Shown piece by piece: positions 14,262 to 26,100 of a stretch of DNA of 64,000 nt. The stretch's first letter is position 1. The number at the start of each line of letters is the position of its first letter. Source of the stretch: Marsupella aquatica (taxonomy: Eukaryota; Plantae; Marchantiophyta); NCBI GenBank assembly GCA_973895155.1, contig OZ316892.1, forward strand, positions 10,706,283 through 10,770,282, written 5' to 3'. Under the pieces are notes generated by a model. It was not told where the DNA came from, ran no database searches, and saw only the letters and a list, made by a program, of their open reading frames with translations. Made by a program: the position numbers and the translations under genes.

Positions 14262-17200
14262 TCATGGCACAGGCACACTGTTGGCATCTACATCTCTGAA
14301 TTCGCCTCCTTCAGCAAATGCATCTACCCTTGTCACAGGAATGAAGTCCCCGCTATCATGAACTACAGGCACTTGGTCTGAACGCCGACGATCAAAGGCA
14401 CTATGAGAGTGTAAATGAAACTCAAGGTTTGATCCTTCCATCCGACGTTGCCTGGCCTGTTTATGACACACTACACGCCAACCTGGGGAGTCTTCCACAT
14501 CCAGGAAGAAAGCTTGCTCCACCTGACTAGGAAACACAAATGGCTCAGACCATTCGGGCAATTTCCCTCTGAAATTGGCCAGCAAGAAACCGTCGTTGTC
14601 TCTCTTCATGGTAGCCCTGTTACCAAGCCAATCCTGCCGCACCCATGAACCTTTCATAAGAATCACAGGACTGGACACCGCCCCATAGTCCAGAGCCCAT
14701 ATGTCAACTAATTCTCCCACATATCCCATCTCCATCCAGGCCCTGTCGTGATTGTGGCTCTGTTGCTCAAATACAGTGATGAGCCCGCAGTCATTCGTCA
14801 CCCTGTAGGCACTGTCACCATCCTTCACTCGGAAGTGATTCCCATATGCTCTCATCCGTTTGTAAGTCTTCACTTTCAGGCTAGGGGCATTAGACAGTAG
14901 GTAAACATCTGCATCCATGTCTGGGTGGGTCTCGTGATGCTCTCTAATTGCCACTCTGATCCACTCCATGAAACCTGGAAAAGTTGTTCCTGCAGTGGGA
15001 TGGGCCGCCTTCAATGACTCATACTCCCTGAACGAACAACCACACAGCATTAGCTTGGGTAAACATGAACAGGCTGAAGGAGAAAACCACACGAACACAA
15101 CATTTAAGCTCATGAACTGGATTATAGCACATGTATGCACTCACTGTATCCAGGGTTCCATCACCGCAGTGTTGTGCAATACAAAGTCATGTGCCAAGTC
15201 TCTCATAGATATGGTCAGGTTCTTTGTGGTTGCAGCCCCTTCCAGTACTTCACCTATCACGCCTTCCTCCTCATCAGAATTCCACACCCTGGTCTTCACA
15301 TGCTCATATTGTGCTATGTATTCGGTCAGAAATCCCAGAGTCTCATCCTTGATGTAACCTTTAGCCATGCTTGCTTCAGGTTTGTAATATGTTCTCACGT
15401 GACCTTTGAGTAGCTTCATGTACCGTTCCAAAGGGTACAACCAACGAGCACTCACAGGCCCAAATTGGTGTAGCTCTTCCACAACATGGACAAGTAGGTG
15501 GGTCATGACATCAAAAAATGTGGGAGGAAAATAAATCTCCAGGTCACACAGCACCTGAGCGACATCTTCTGTCAGTTGTGGGAAGTGTGTTTCATCCCAA
15601 ACCTTCACACAAATACGACGAAACACATCACTGAGTCGCATGATCACAGTACGAATAGGCTTCTGCAACAGGCCCCTCAGGCATAAAGGCAACACCTGTT
15701 GCATCAACATATGGTAGTCATGGCTTTTCATACTACCAAGCTTTCTAGTCATGATATGCTTCTTGAAAGCACTGCCATAGTTTGAAGGAACCTTCAAAGA
15801 ACTCAACCTCTGCACAAATAGTTCCCACTCTGTGTCTGTCAGAACATAGGGCGCTTGGTACTTCAAGAGCACATCAGCTCTGTGGGCATGTGGCCTCAAC
15901 CAAAGATGGGGTTTCATTCCCCTCTGTTCAAGATCCAATCTCATTGAACCAGTGTCTTTCTCTCCACACAAGAATCTGAGTAGACTCTCACAAATATTCT
16001 TTTCAATGTGCATAACATCAATGTTATGTTTGCTTGGCTCAAACTCCTGCATCGTTGCAATGCAAAAGCGTCAGGAAATGCCTCAAGTTTAGTCTCTCTC
16101 TTCGAAATGAATGCACATGCTCTGAACCAAAACATGTATCCCAATTAGCATCAACTCCAAGAGGCTTACCCTCCAGTACTTGAGCTCCAAGTCCAATATG
16201 CTCAGTCTTTTTACACCATATCGCTTTATTGGATCACTCACTCCATCTTCCCTGCCCCCTCGTTTGATATAGTCATCCCTCAGTGCTCCCCACTGCCTGA
16301 TCTCCTCTTTGGTCACTCATGCCGGGGGTCCACGTTGCTCAATCTCATTGCCAAAGTGTGCAATCAGTGCCTGTCTTTCTCTGTAAGGGTGATCTGCCTT
16401 CAGAAAACGACGATGGCCCATGTATATCACTTTCTGCAGGGCTCTGGAGTACTCACTGGTGACATTGCGCCCACAGATAGTACAAGCACAATATCCTTTT
16501 GTTGTTTGGCCTGATATCATCCCATGGGCTGGGTAGTCAGCTATAGTCAGAATGACAATGGCTCTAAGGATGAATGGGTTTAACCTCCCAAGCCTCTGTA
16601 GGACATCATATGTGAGAACTCCTTCCTCCCAAAGCTTTCTCAATTCCTCCACTAGGGGAGCCAGAAACACATCTATGTTGGCAGATACAGCACTGTCTGG
16701 CCCTGGTATCAGTAGGACCATCAGAACAAAAAATCGCTTTGTAGTCATCCAAGGAGGAAGGTTATAATTCAAAATAGTTACAAGCCAGCACGAAAATTTG
16801 TTGTTCTTGTCTCCAAATGGGTTTACCCCATCCAATGACAGCCCAAGTCTGACATTCCTCGGCTCAGCAGCAAATTCAGGATACATCTCATCTATGAGTT
16901 TCCATTGCCTTGAATCTGCAGCATGTTGTTGTAGCCCATCATCACTTTTCTTGTCAGTTGCCCAAGTCATCATCTCCGAGATGGCACGGCTTCTGAACAT
17001 CCGCTGAAGTCTGGGAATGAGTGGAAAATGACGAAGTACCTTGGCGGGAACCATAGACTTTCCTGAGTTCCGATACCTGTGCTTCCCACACTTAGGGCAT
17101 GTCAACGATTCTTTATACTCCTTTCTGAAAAGAACATGCCCATCAGGACAGGCATGGATCGAATCATAGTTCAATCCAAGATTAGATATGCATCTTTTTG

Positions 17201-17993
17201 CCTCGTACATGTTCTTGGGCAAAATATTACCATCTGGTAGCACAGTTGTTCGCAAGAATGCCAACAACTCAGAAACCAAAACGTTGGGGACATTGTGGTT
17301 GCCGCAAATGTTCAGGAACATGATGACAAATCCCAGTTTAGAACATTTGCTACCGGGGTACAAAGACTTCCTGCCTTCCTGTATTTGCAGGGGAGAGCCA
17401 AACATCCCATCGTGCCCAGGGGTTTCCTGCCCTATCTCAAACTCATCAAGAGGCTCTTCGACAGGGGGCACACTTGCATCTGCAGCCGTATCCTCTTCGT
17501 TGTCCAGCCCATCATGAAATGCATCCAAGTCTTGGAAGATGTCTCTCACCATCTCTTCCACATGAATTCCTTCATCACGTGGTGCTGCCTGAGCACCATC
17601 CCGTTGGAGAGCTGACAACCCACAGAGACCAGCTACAACATTTTCAAATGCACCAGGCAGAACCTCACTTGCCCGTCTTGCAGCACTGGCAGCATCAAAT
17701 TCTAACCTCCACTCCTCGTCGGAAGAATCTTCCTCTGCAGGATCATTCCAAACTCGATGTCGTGGATCTCTTCCATGAACCGCGATATGCCGCCAAACCT
17801 CATTCAGACCCCTGGTACGGGATCCTTGGCAGATTGCACAAGGACATCTCATCCTACTGGCTCCTGAAAGTCTGGTTCGTAACCTTTCACGCTGCCAAAG
17901 CTTATTATCATGGCGTGATATCCTTGTGGGATGATGCAAAGGCAGTGCCTGTGCCCTGGGCTGGGTCTGGGGAGGGTGGTGACCAGGGTGCAT
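14262..17993 (-). CDS. CACTA TnpD-like transposase (Transposase_21/Tnp2 + DUF4218 + DUF4216), one in-frame stop
   Basis: Motifs RCPCAIC, IHACPDG..CPKCG..RY, FPLIPRLQRMF, FAAEPRNVRLGLSLDGVNPFG, DVMHIEKN, MKSHDYH, FFDVMTHLLVH, EPFVFPSQVEQAFF. Predicted exons 16170-17993, 15145-16046, 14262-15027. TGA at 16317-16319 (likely CGA>TGA). Confidence 0.93.
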
Positions 17994-18426
17994 TGTAACA
18001 GGCTGGGAGCTCTACAGTCATGGACAGCAGTGAACAAGGATGCCTAATGGTGGTATTTGTGTTCCATATATCCCTAACTGTATCTGCCAAAAGAGTTAAC
18101 ATAACGTGTACTAAATTCTCACAAACCCTAAACCACCCCAAAAGAAAAAAACAGGTTCGCAAGTAGTGTACCTATTGTCAAGTGAATGACACAAAATTCC
18201 TAAATGTTGGAGGGTGTCACCACCTCCTCCGCTGTCCTCAAATGTACCGCCTCTGCATGTACGTTTACAGTGACACCCCCAGGCAGCAGGAAACAACAAT
18301 CCGCCAACAGTAAAATAAGCCCAACTGCCACCAACCATAACAAGGTACATTAGTTCAAAGATCACATTTATTTCAATGATCTGATTTATACAAAAAAACT
18401 TGTGTCCAAACTGATGCTACTACTCC

Positions 18427-19299
18427 TCACTCTGATTCATAATCGCTAATGACCCATTCCTCACTTGTTGTCTCATAGTCCTCTCTGTAAGGATCCTGAC
18501 CCTTCCGTGGCCAGGCCTCAAAAAGATCATAGTCCATTGGGTTTTGACGCTTCCCAGCTGCTACTGATTCCACAAGCCAAGCATATGAAACCACAAACAC
18601 ATTATGGGACATGACATAAAAGCGAATGTCTCCCTTCCCAAACTTGCGGCAGGCTTTGGGATATGACTTAGTAATGACATGAGTGGTGTCCTCTGTTATA
18701 TTCTCCTCCACTATCCCACCTAGGTCAAGCACTGTGGACTTGTACACTTTGCACTTAACCTCTCCAATTCCCGCCTCCACAAATACCATGCTCAGCCCTT
18801 TCAGAATGGGGGTTGGTTGCTTCGTCTCCTCAGCCAACATACTCTTCAGCCTTGTAGAGCTCTGTCCTTTGTTGAGTACAGGTCCATATTGGAGATCAGC
18901 AAGCCGTGCCTTTGCTTCCCAGACTTCTTGTTCAGCCCAAGCTGATGCAGTAGCTTCTTCATCCTCCCACAACTCATATTGCTCAGTATCCTGTACAATC
19001 TTATGTGCTACGGAATCTGTGATCCAAGAGGCCTCAACTACTTTTAGGCCTTGCTTAGTAATTGCAGAATTCATGTAGGACCATGACCACTTCTTTATCA
19101 CTGATAGCCATGTCCCTGCAACAACATGTGTAGTCTCTGGAGTGATGTCCTGAACTACAGTGCCATGGAGCTCAGAGAATCGTTTCTGTACAGTTGGCCA
19201 ATGCACTTTGGTCAACCCATGCTGGCCATGGACCAAAATCGCTCTGACCCCTGTAAACACTGCTGGGTGGTCACACTTTCTACGTTTACCAGACTCCAT
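18427..19299 (-). CDS. Transposon-borne tandem-BRCT protein; repeats resemble the plant DNA polymerase lambda BRCT
   Basis: Two repeats: FTGVRAILV...HGTVVQDITPETTHVV...VVEASWITDS...YEL and LKGLSMVFVEAG...GGIVEENITEDTTHVI...KFGK...VVSYAWLVESVAAG...YDL. Intact and intronless, ATG at 19299. Confidence 0.82.
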   Translation of the reverse strand: MESGKRRKCDHPAVFTGVRAILVHGQHGLTKVHWPTVQKRFSELHGTVVQDITPETTHVVAGTWLSVIKKWSWSYMNSAITKQGLKVVEASWITDSVAHKIVQDTEQYELWEDEEATASAWAEQEVWEAKARLADLQYGPVLNKGQSSTRLKSMLAEETKQPTPILKGLSMVFVEAGIGEVKCKVYKSTVLDLGGIVEENITEDTTHVITKSYPKACRKFGKGDIRFYVMSHNVFVVSYAWLVESVAAGKRQNPMDYDLFEAWPRKGQDPYREDYETTSEEWVISDYESE

Positions 19300-19891
19300 G
19301 TACACACACCCTACGTGATGACAGTGAATTTTGGAAGAATGGGTTCACCTGACAATACAAGGACAACAAAATTCCTACTTTTTGAGTTGATCTGGCCCAC
19401 TGGTGCTCAGGTCCGATTTTGATAGGTACAAGGGATATGTGAACAATACGTACTAGGCACCTGCACGGATGCAGGACATTGTTTGAATATATACTACAAA
19501 ATCCATATCCGTGGTGAAATGAAGTGCAACCAACTTGTCATGGCACATACATATTTTGTTGTAAAGGAGGATACATTCAATGACAAACTTATAGGGCAAT
19601 TTGATTAATTGCATGCCTGATAATTTATACGCTTACAACTTAGAAGTCCTGTTTTAATTTAGCAGTCTGATGAAAGTGTTTATGAAAATGACCACTCAGC
19701 CTAAATACTTCCAAGAAGGCTTGTAAGGATAAGTTTGTATAGGCATGTACCCAGCCACTGACACCATAGCACAAGATAAGTGCTGCCTATATAAACTCGC
19801 CTACCCAACTCCTTTTCAAAATTGGAATCTCTGCAATCTCAAAAAATAGTACATCCACATCAGATGCACTGTGCATGTACAATGTTCAGCT

Positions 19892-20572
19892 TCACAGCCA
19901 AGATATGTGATCTCTCATAGGAGTGCGCGAGGTAGGATCAATGGCATGGCGATGACAATAAAATATCCATCGATCAACACCATGTGTAGAGTGATCATAG
20001 ATTTCTCTGTCACAAGCATAACCCTCTGCTTGATGATCTTTCAGGCAATGATAGTGCCACATAGTGGGACACCTAGCACAGTGGACTATGTCAGTCCAGT
20101 AGTCATCATCATGCTCACCACATGCCTTGCACCTATGAAGTGGGCAAGCTGTGGCATGAGCAGGCAAACACTCAAAACAGAAAAATCTCACACAAAAACG
20201 GTCTGGACATTTCCTAACATTTGCTGCAGCATCAACAGAGCCCTCATAGGACCCCAACTTCCCACACTGTGCACACTTAGCCTGCTTCTCCAAACAATCA
20301 GTGCACATCCAGTCTCCCTGGTGTGTTGACGGGAGGCCCACCCCTGGACAGTTGTTTTCTGCAGCATGGTCAGACTCCAGGTTGAGGTGGAAATGCCTCA
20401 TGCAAGGGCCCTCACAAATGACCAGGCCCCCACCATCGTCACAAATGGCACAACAATGAGCTGCCTTCTGGAAAATCTGACTTGTAGAGAAGTTAGTAGC
20501 ATCTGCCCCAAGTACACCTGTGTTTCTCACCTCTGTCACACGCTTTTTGGCTTGAATTTTAGGCCGTGCCAT
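19892..20572 (-). CDS. Transposon-borne stand-alone EDM2-like composite PHD-finger protein (226 aa)
   Basis: CAICDDGG.LVICEGPCMRHFH...WMCTDC...KCAQCGKLGS...CPLHRCKAC...CARCPTMWHYHCL...IFYCHRHAIDPTSRTPMRDHISW follows the EDM2 PHD cassette (CAICDNGG..CCEG.C.RSFH...CPLHKC...CRRCPKSYH..CL...IYCxxHEID....TPxRDH). Intact ORF. Confidence 0.88.
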   Translation of the reverse strand: MARPKIQAKKRVTEVRNTGVLGADATNFSTSQIFQKAAHCCAICDDGGGLVICEGPCMRHFHLNLESDHAAENNCPGVGLPSTHQGDWMCTDCLEKQAKCAQCGKLGSYEGSVDAAANVRKCPDRFCVRFFCFECLPAHATACPLHRCKACGEHDDDYWTDIVHCARCPTMWHYHCLKDHQAEGYACDREIYDHSTHGVDRWIFYCHRHAIDPTSRTPMRDHISWL

Positions 20573-20582
20573 GCCTGCGCAT

Positions 20583-20727
20583 GAGATAGACTCTACAATT
20601 TAGCAGACTGCACAGAAAGTAAAATATATTTAGCATTTAAGGTACAAAGGCATTTAGATAGACTCTACAATTTAGCAGACTGCACAGAAAGTAAAATATA
20701 TTTAGCATTTAAGGTACAAAGGCATTT
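20583..20727 (+). repeat. Tandem duplication of ~72 bp in the intron upstream of the PHD ORF
   Basis: gatagactctacaatttagcagactgcacagaaagtaaaatatatttagcatttaaggtacaaagg occurs twice. Confidence 0.85.
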
Positions 20728-21342
20728 GCTACTGCAATGAATTGGAATGGCCACACAAGGATGCAGAGCACACATACTTTTGGTATGTTGAGCCCACACA
20801 CAAAACTGATCCCCTAATACAATTTCTCCACCAACACCTCAATTTTAATTGTGGCTATGATTCACCAAAGGAGATCTGCAACAACATTTCATGCATTTGA
20901 ATCACATACAATAGTCATGACATGTAAAACAGGCATTCTTCGAAGAGGATTGGTATGAAGCAGTGTCATAAGGGTTGAAATTTATACATCCTAAATAGGT
21001 TATGATAGTGGTTGAGACAAATAAGTGAGGCATAAATCATTTTGCATATTATCACATGGCCCATTAATTCATTCAACGTTGCAATGTTCACCAGGTTAAA
21101 GCAGTCATGAAAGCAGTCTTTCAATAGAGACTGTTATGCGAGTTTGCTAGCCTCTTAAATTAGGATATTTTGCTTAGTGCAGGCATAATAGGATATAAGT
21201 TATGTACTGTTGACCCTAAACCCTGGACCCAAAATTGCTCATACATCAAAATTTTAAGTAAATATCCTCTGTGTTGAAGTCAGAGTGTTAAGCTATAGGT
21301 CAATGGTATCTGGTTTGTGCATGCGGTGTGACAAGTGGTCCT

Positions 21343-21792
21343 CTAGAGCATGTGATCCAAACATGTGTAGACACCAAAGTCACCGGTGGTGGGGTCTGGG
21401 AGGGCAGGACAAGTGACATCACCAGGCACACTGCAGGATGGCGAGTGGTTCCAGATGATACATTGTGCTCTGTGCAAAAATCGGCATCCAAGAGAACGGT
21501 CATCCAATTCTGGGCCAGAAGCCCTATAGGCAGGACAGTCATATTGGCAACTGTGTACACACCCTTGGCACCTAATTTGTGGCGGGTCATGTACAAGAGA
21601 CACAAATACCAAGGATGTCGGGAAGGGTACTGAAGCAGGTAGAGGCCGGCTGTAGTTGTTCCTGGAAACAACAGGGTACTCAAAGTACCATGCAGACTGG
21701 GCTGGAAGGATCCCAAGTCTGACATACTCAAGGCGCAACATCTCTGCCTTGCGTGCAAGTCGCACATGTTCAGCGTTGCGGGTCCTCACCAT
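21343..21792 (-). CDS. Cys/His-rich putative zinc-binding protein, 149 aa (CACTA cargo)
   Basis: Basic N-terminus MVRTRN..RLARK, then CQGC..SCQYDC...GCRFLHRAQC...C...C...CLDH. Co-oriented with the other cargo ORFs and preceded by a splice acceptor near 21921. Confidence 0.5.
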   Translation of the reverse strand: MVRTRNAEHVRLARKAEMLRLEYVRLGILPAQSAWYFEYPVVSRNNYSRPLPASVPFPTSLVFVSLVHDPPQIRCQGCVHSCQYDCPAYRASGPELDDRSLGCRFLHRAQCIIWNHSPSCSVPGDVTCPALPDPTTGDFGVYTCLDHML

Positions 21793-22800
21793 AAGTGTTG
21801 CTTTCGTTGTGATGTCCTCTGTTCACGTCCTTTGATGAGCAAGGTGAGCAAGAGGTCGACTTGCCTCGCCAACAGCAACCACCTAAACTAATCAGTTCCC
21901 ACTCATTGTCTTGGTTCCAACTACAGGTCATAGTATACACATAGCATGAAACGTGCATAGTACATATTTGATTCTGAGTTTATGAGTTTCCTAAGACAAA
22001 GAGCTTGGTGATAAACCCATATTCTCGACGGACATGTATATCAATCATATTAAACTCCTGTTTTTTCATCCAGAAAGACCGAAAGTCTCACCTTGCAGGT
22101 TGCAGCAGAGAGAAAATTCACTGGTTGTCGTGTTGTGCAAGTGAACCTCCACTGATGCCCCGGTGTAGCCCCTCAGATGCAGGTGACACTTACCAACTCC
22201 CAAGTTGCCTGGTCTAACAGAAAATGTTTATATCTTCAGAACTTTATAGAGCAAGTACATGATCACATACTTCTGGATCTATTCATATTTGGAACTCTTG
22301 CCAACTACAACTCCCATTATGCACAAGCTCACATCAACAGAGAAAGATACAGAATGCATACTTACTATGGCTCTAAGCACCTTCACTACCTTGTTGAACC
22401 CAGTCCTGAAGTCTTTTCAGCGTGTTTGTTGTGCTGTCTCCTTTGGCACCCAACACCTTAGTCCTTGATGTAACAGAATGCGATTTTACAAGTTAGATGC
22501 TTTGGAACCTTCTATGGTCTTAGCTGAATTGATGTCATCGTAAGTGGTGAAAGACAAGGAAGACGAAAACTGGTTGAAGAGCTGTGGACAACACACTAGC
22601 ATGAAGTGCTTCAACCAATCCACTGCCAAACGGAACTCTTACACAGTCACATTCTTTCAGTAAACAGAAACTCAGTCAAACTTCATAATCAAAGTACAGA
22701 CTCTGAAGGACCAAAGGAGGATGTTGTGAGTTTCTCTGTTGTTTAATGTGTTACCCTTCTAGTTTCGAAGTTAGCAAATGCTGAATAATGTGTCTACCAG

Positions 22801-23140
22801 ATCTTCGAAAAGAAGCCCACCACAATTAAGAACTTCGGTATCTGGGTGAGGTATCAGAGTTGTACAGGTTATCCCAACATGTACAAGAAATATCGTGATA
22901 CCACATTAAACAACCACACAGCAGATGTATGATGAGATGGCTTCTTGTCATAGAGTTCGGTTCCCTTGCATCCAGATCATCAAGACTACGACAGTCCCTG
23001 TCTCTCTGTGCAAGCGAGAAAGTACCAAGCAGTTCCATGATTCAAAGATCAAGTTCCCCTTGACGTACCGCAAGATTCAACCTCCATCGCGAAAGCTAAA
23101 GACGACTTACAAGGCCACCAAGCCCAACACATTTGTTTGA
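22801..23140 (+). pseudogene. RPL18A: Captured last exon of 60S ribosomal protein L18a (eL20), frameshifted
   Basis: After ...ctaccag|: [37 protein letters not shown], then a frameshift (~22915), then [22 protein letters not shown]...[18 protein letters not shown]...[19 protein letters not shown]. Confidence 0.92.
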
Positions 23141-26100
23141 GTAGTGCGGGTGCAGGTTCCCAATTTTGAAACAATTTGGCTCATTTTATGTCCCGAGGGA
23201 CTCCAGGAGTTTATGTATTGAGTTTCTAGGTCAAGATGCTTAATATAAGGAAATTCAATTATCACTTCGTTCCCAACTTCTATTAATTGAATATACACAA
23301 GCTGGAAGCAAGAAGACAAGCCACAATCTAGCATCTTAGCCAAACACAATCGTCCCGACAAAGCAAAACTCAGCTGGACAGAAGTCACTCGGATCCACAA
23401 AAAATTGAAGATTCACCTCCAAGCCGGAGGCCGATCACTTCAGTACAGCAGCTTCTGGATGGAACAAACTCTGCTCAGCCCCACATAAACACAAATGTTA
23501 AGGCTCCAAGTCAGAGCTCACAAACAGAAACTCAGATAAATAACATTCAAAATCTGTCCAGGTTTGTGCAAAGTGTACATATTCATTCTTCTGGAATGAA
23601 CACGCAATCCATAAGAACGAAAGTAGGAAGGCAAGCGCACGGGCCACCGAGAAAAGTAAAGGATGCATGTGTTAGTGGGGAGGGATCTTAGCAAAAACAG
23701 GGGAAAGCAAGGGAACTTGCTGCTAAAATCAGCTGAACGATTGCACGGTTCCTATAAATTTAGTGGACCTTAAGGCCGTCTGTTCACCCCCCCACCCCAC
23801 CGCCAGAGCACGGGGCACAAGGCATGTTCTGATATAGGGAGGAGCGAAACAGTCATGTCAAGCAAGAAGTGTGGAGAGACCAATCAGTAAGCAAAAATAG
23901 GGGAGGACATACATACATCAGCAGCAGCAGGAAACAAGAAAGATGATTTCGGGTGGCATCTTAGGGTCGGGGACACCACTGCAACACCGGGACTTAGGAT
24001 ATGACTAAATGTAAGCTACACAGTCCTCCGTTCTCTTCAACAATTACCTTAAACAGTGAAGTAATCTAAATGGATGTTGATCAAAATCAATTGCAACTAC
24101 GCGGCCCTTGGTTCTGCTGCGGCTACAGCAGCCAAGAGAACAGCTCAGAGCCTTGATTGAAGACTGTGCTCTCAAACTAAGCTAAAGACAAAGAGATATA
24201 GAGAGAGACAAAAAAAAGTTGACAGGAGTGCAAAGCGAGAACCCACTCCCGTTCTTTCAACACCCTAAACCCCGCTGCCTGACTTAAGTTGCATGGCGAC
24301 AGAAGCAGTCATTGAAAACTTACCTTGTGATGACAAAAACGCTCTGGGATGGGCTGCTACTCCCAGGACTATCCCACACTCTTAGCGCCCCGTTGCTATT
24401 GAGCCACACTTCAGTTCAGCCACGCACGCTCAATCTTTGTCATTCAGCTAAGTTTAGCTCCGCAGGGCCTGGACTCACTCTCATCCAATTTCAGTTGATC
24501 AGTATTGCAGCTCTCTGCTCCCAAGAATAGGTCCTTGCGTTTGTTGAGCGCCTCTATAGACTCACTTACCTCCAAAAACACTGAAAGTTTTTATCTGCAT
24601 TACAATGAGCTCTAAAGACCAAAAACATTCCCGCCTAAACTGAAATAGAGTCCGCAACTACAAGCTTTGCAGCTCAACTCTCTGAGCTCTCCCAGCTCAA
24701 AGGTATCAGCATGTTGTACCCACACTTGATCGAACGCTCTTCCAATGCTCGCTAGGTTGATCTTCCAATGCTCACGGTAAGCTATGGACACCAAGCTCAG
24801 AAGACCGTGGGGAGACAACTAAACTTGCAGCGACGTAGGACCGCAAAGATAGGGATTGCAGCTTTACCTGGGGCGATGCAGCACCAAGCCGTGCTGCGTA
24901 GCAATCCGCAGCAAGAATAGTCCAAATGCAAGCCAAGTGACAAGCTCCTGGTTCTCGATCCCAAGTTGCAACTGAATATCGAATTCACTCTCCTAGCTTC
25001 AAGGAATGAGTGTCTATTGAATGTTGAATTAAATTCTCGCAAACTCTTCACAGTGCTTCCCGTAGTGCCTATTGTCGATGCAACACACAATCACTCTTGA
25101 TGCCTACTACTCACATTCCCTTTTCTCAATGCAACACACACTCGCTCTTCTCGCCTCCTACTACTCACATTGCCCAACGATCAACGAAAGCAGAAGGACA
25201 GGACAGGGAGAACCCTTTCGCAGCTCAGGACGGCAAGGCTAGGAGTGTATACACATCGGGCCGCAATAAGGTCCAACCTCAACTTCAAAAAGTGCAACGC
25301 CAAAACTGGAAGCCGGGTCCAATAACAGTCGTTAGTAGGATGTCGTAAAACCCCTAAAGTTGCAGCATTGCCATACTCTACTTCCTCACCCGGTAGCGCT
25401 AGGCATTCGACCTCTCTCTTCCAAAGACCTCGATGACCTCCCACCAGCTCAATGACGATGGCACGCAAAGCTTCCGTTTGGCTTGCAAACCCTTGAGGCA
25501 AACCAACTCCCTTGGAGACCCTTCCCAAAACCCTGTGCGGGAGAGAAATGCCGAACGTGAAGACCACTCACTTGTCTTCCCATTGAAGTGGAGACATTAG
25601 TTCACAAAAGAGACACAAAAGTCTATGATTTGCCTAATTTGTTTTTTCCTTTGAAACCAAAGGACTTACGCAATAGTTATATGTGGGGTGAGTGGTTAGT
25701 CACAACTTTGAACCACCCCCTTTGGTGAAAATGTGGCCAAATATTCAGGTATGACCCCACATTACCATTATGAAGTACACTTTTTTAGGGTTGGGGTAGT
25801 GAAGAGCTGATCATATATATTTAAGTTGGACATTTAAGTTGGACTTATATTGAACATGAAGCATGCATTGGTTGTCATATATGAAGGGGGCCGGGGAAAC
25901 ATGGTGGTTTCTGGGGCATGGCAATAAGTAAACCCAACCTACATATGTGAGGCTGAAATTGGGTGATAATTAAGCACGCCTTTGGCACGACCAGAAGACG
26001 TCGATAGAAAAATTAGAGATTGACTACAAAAAGCATTAAGTTAGGTTAGCAAGCTTTGACAAATCCTTTTTGTAGTTGAATGGGGCTGGGGCGCGCTTCA

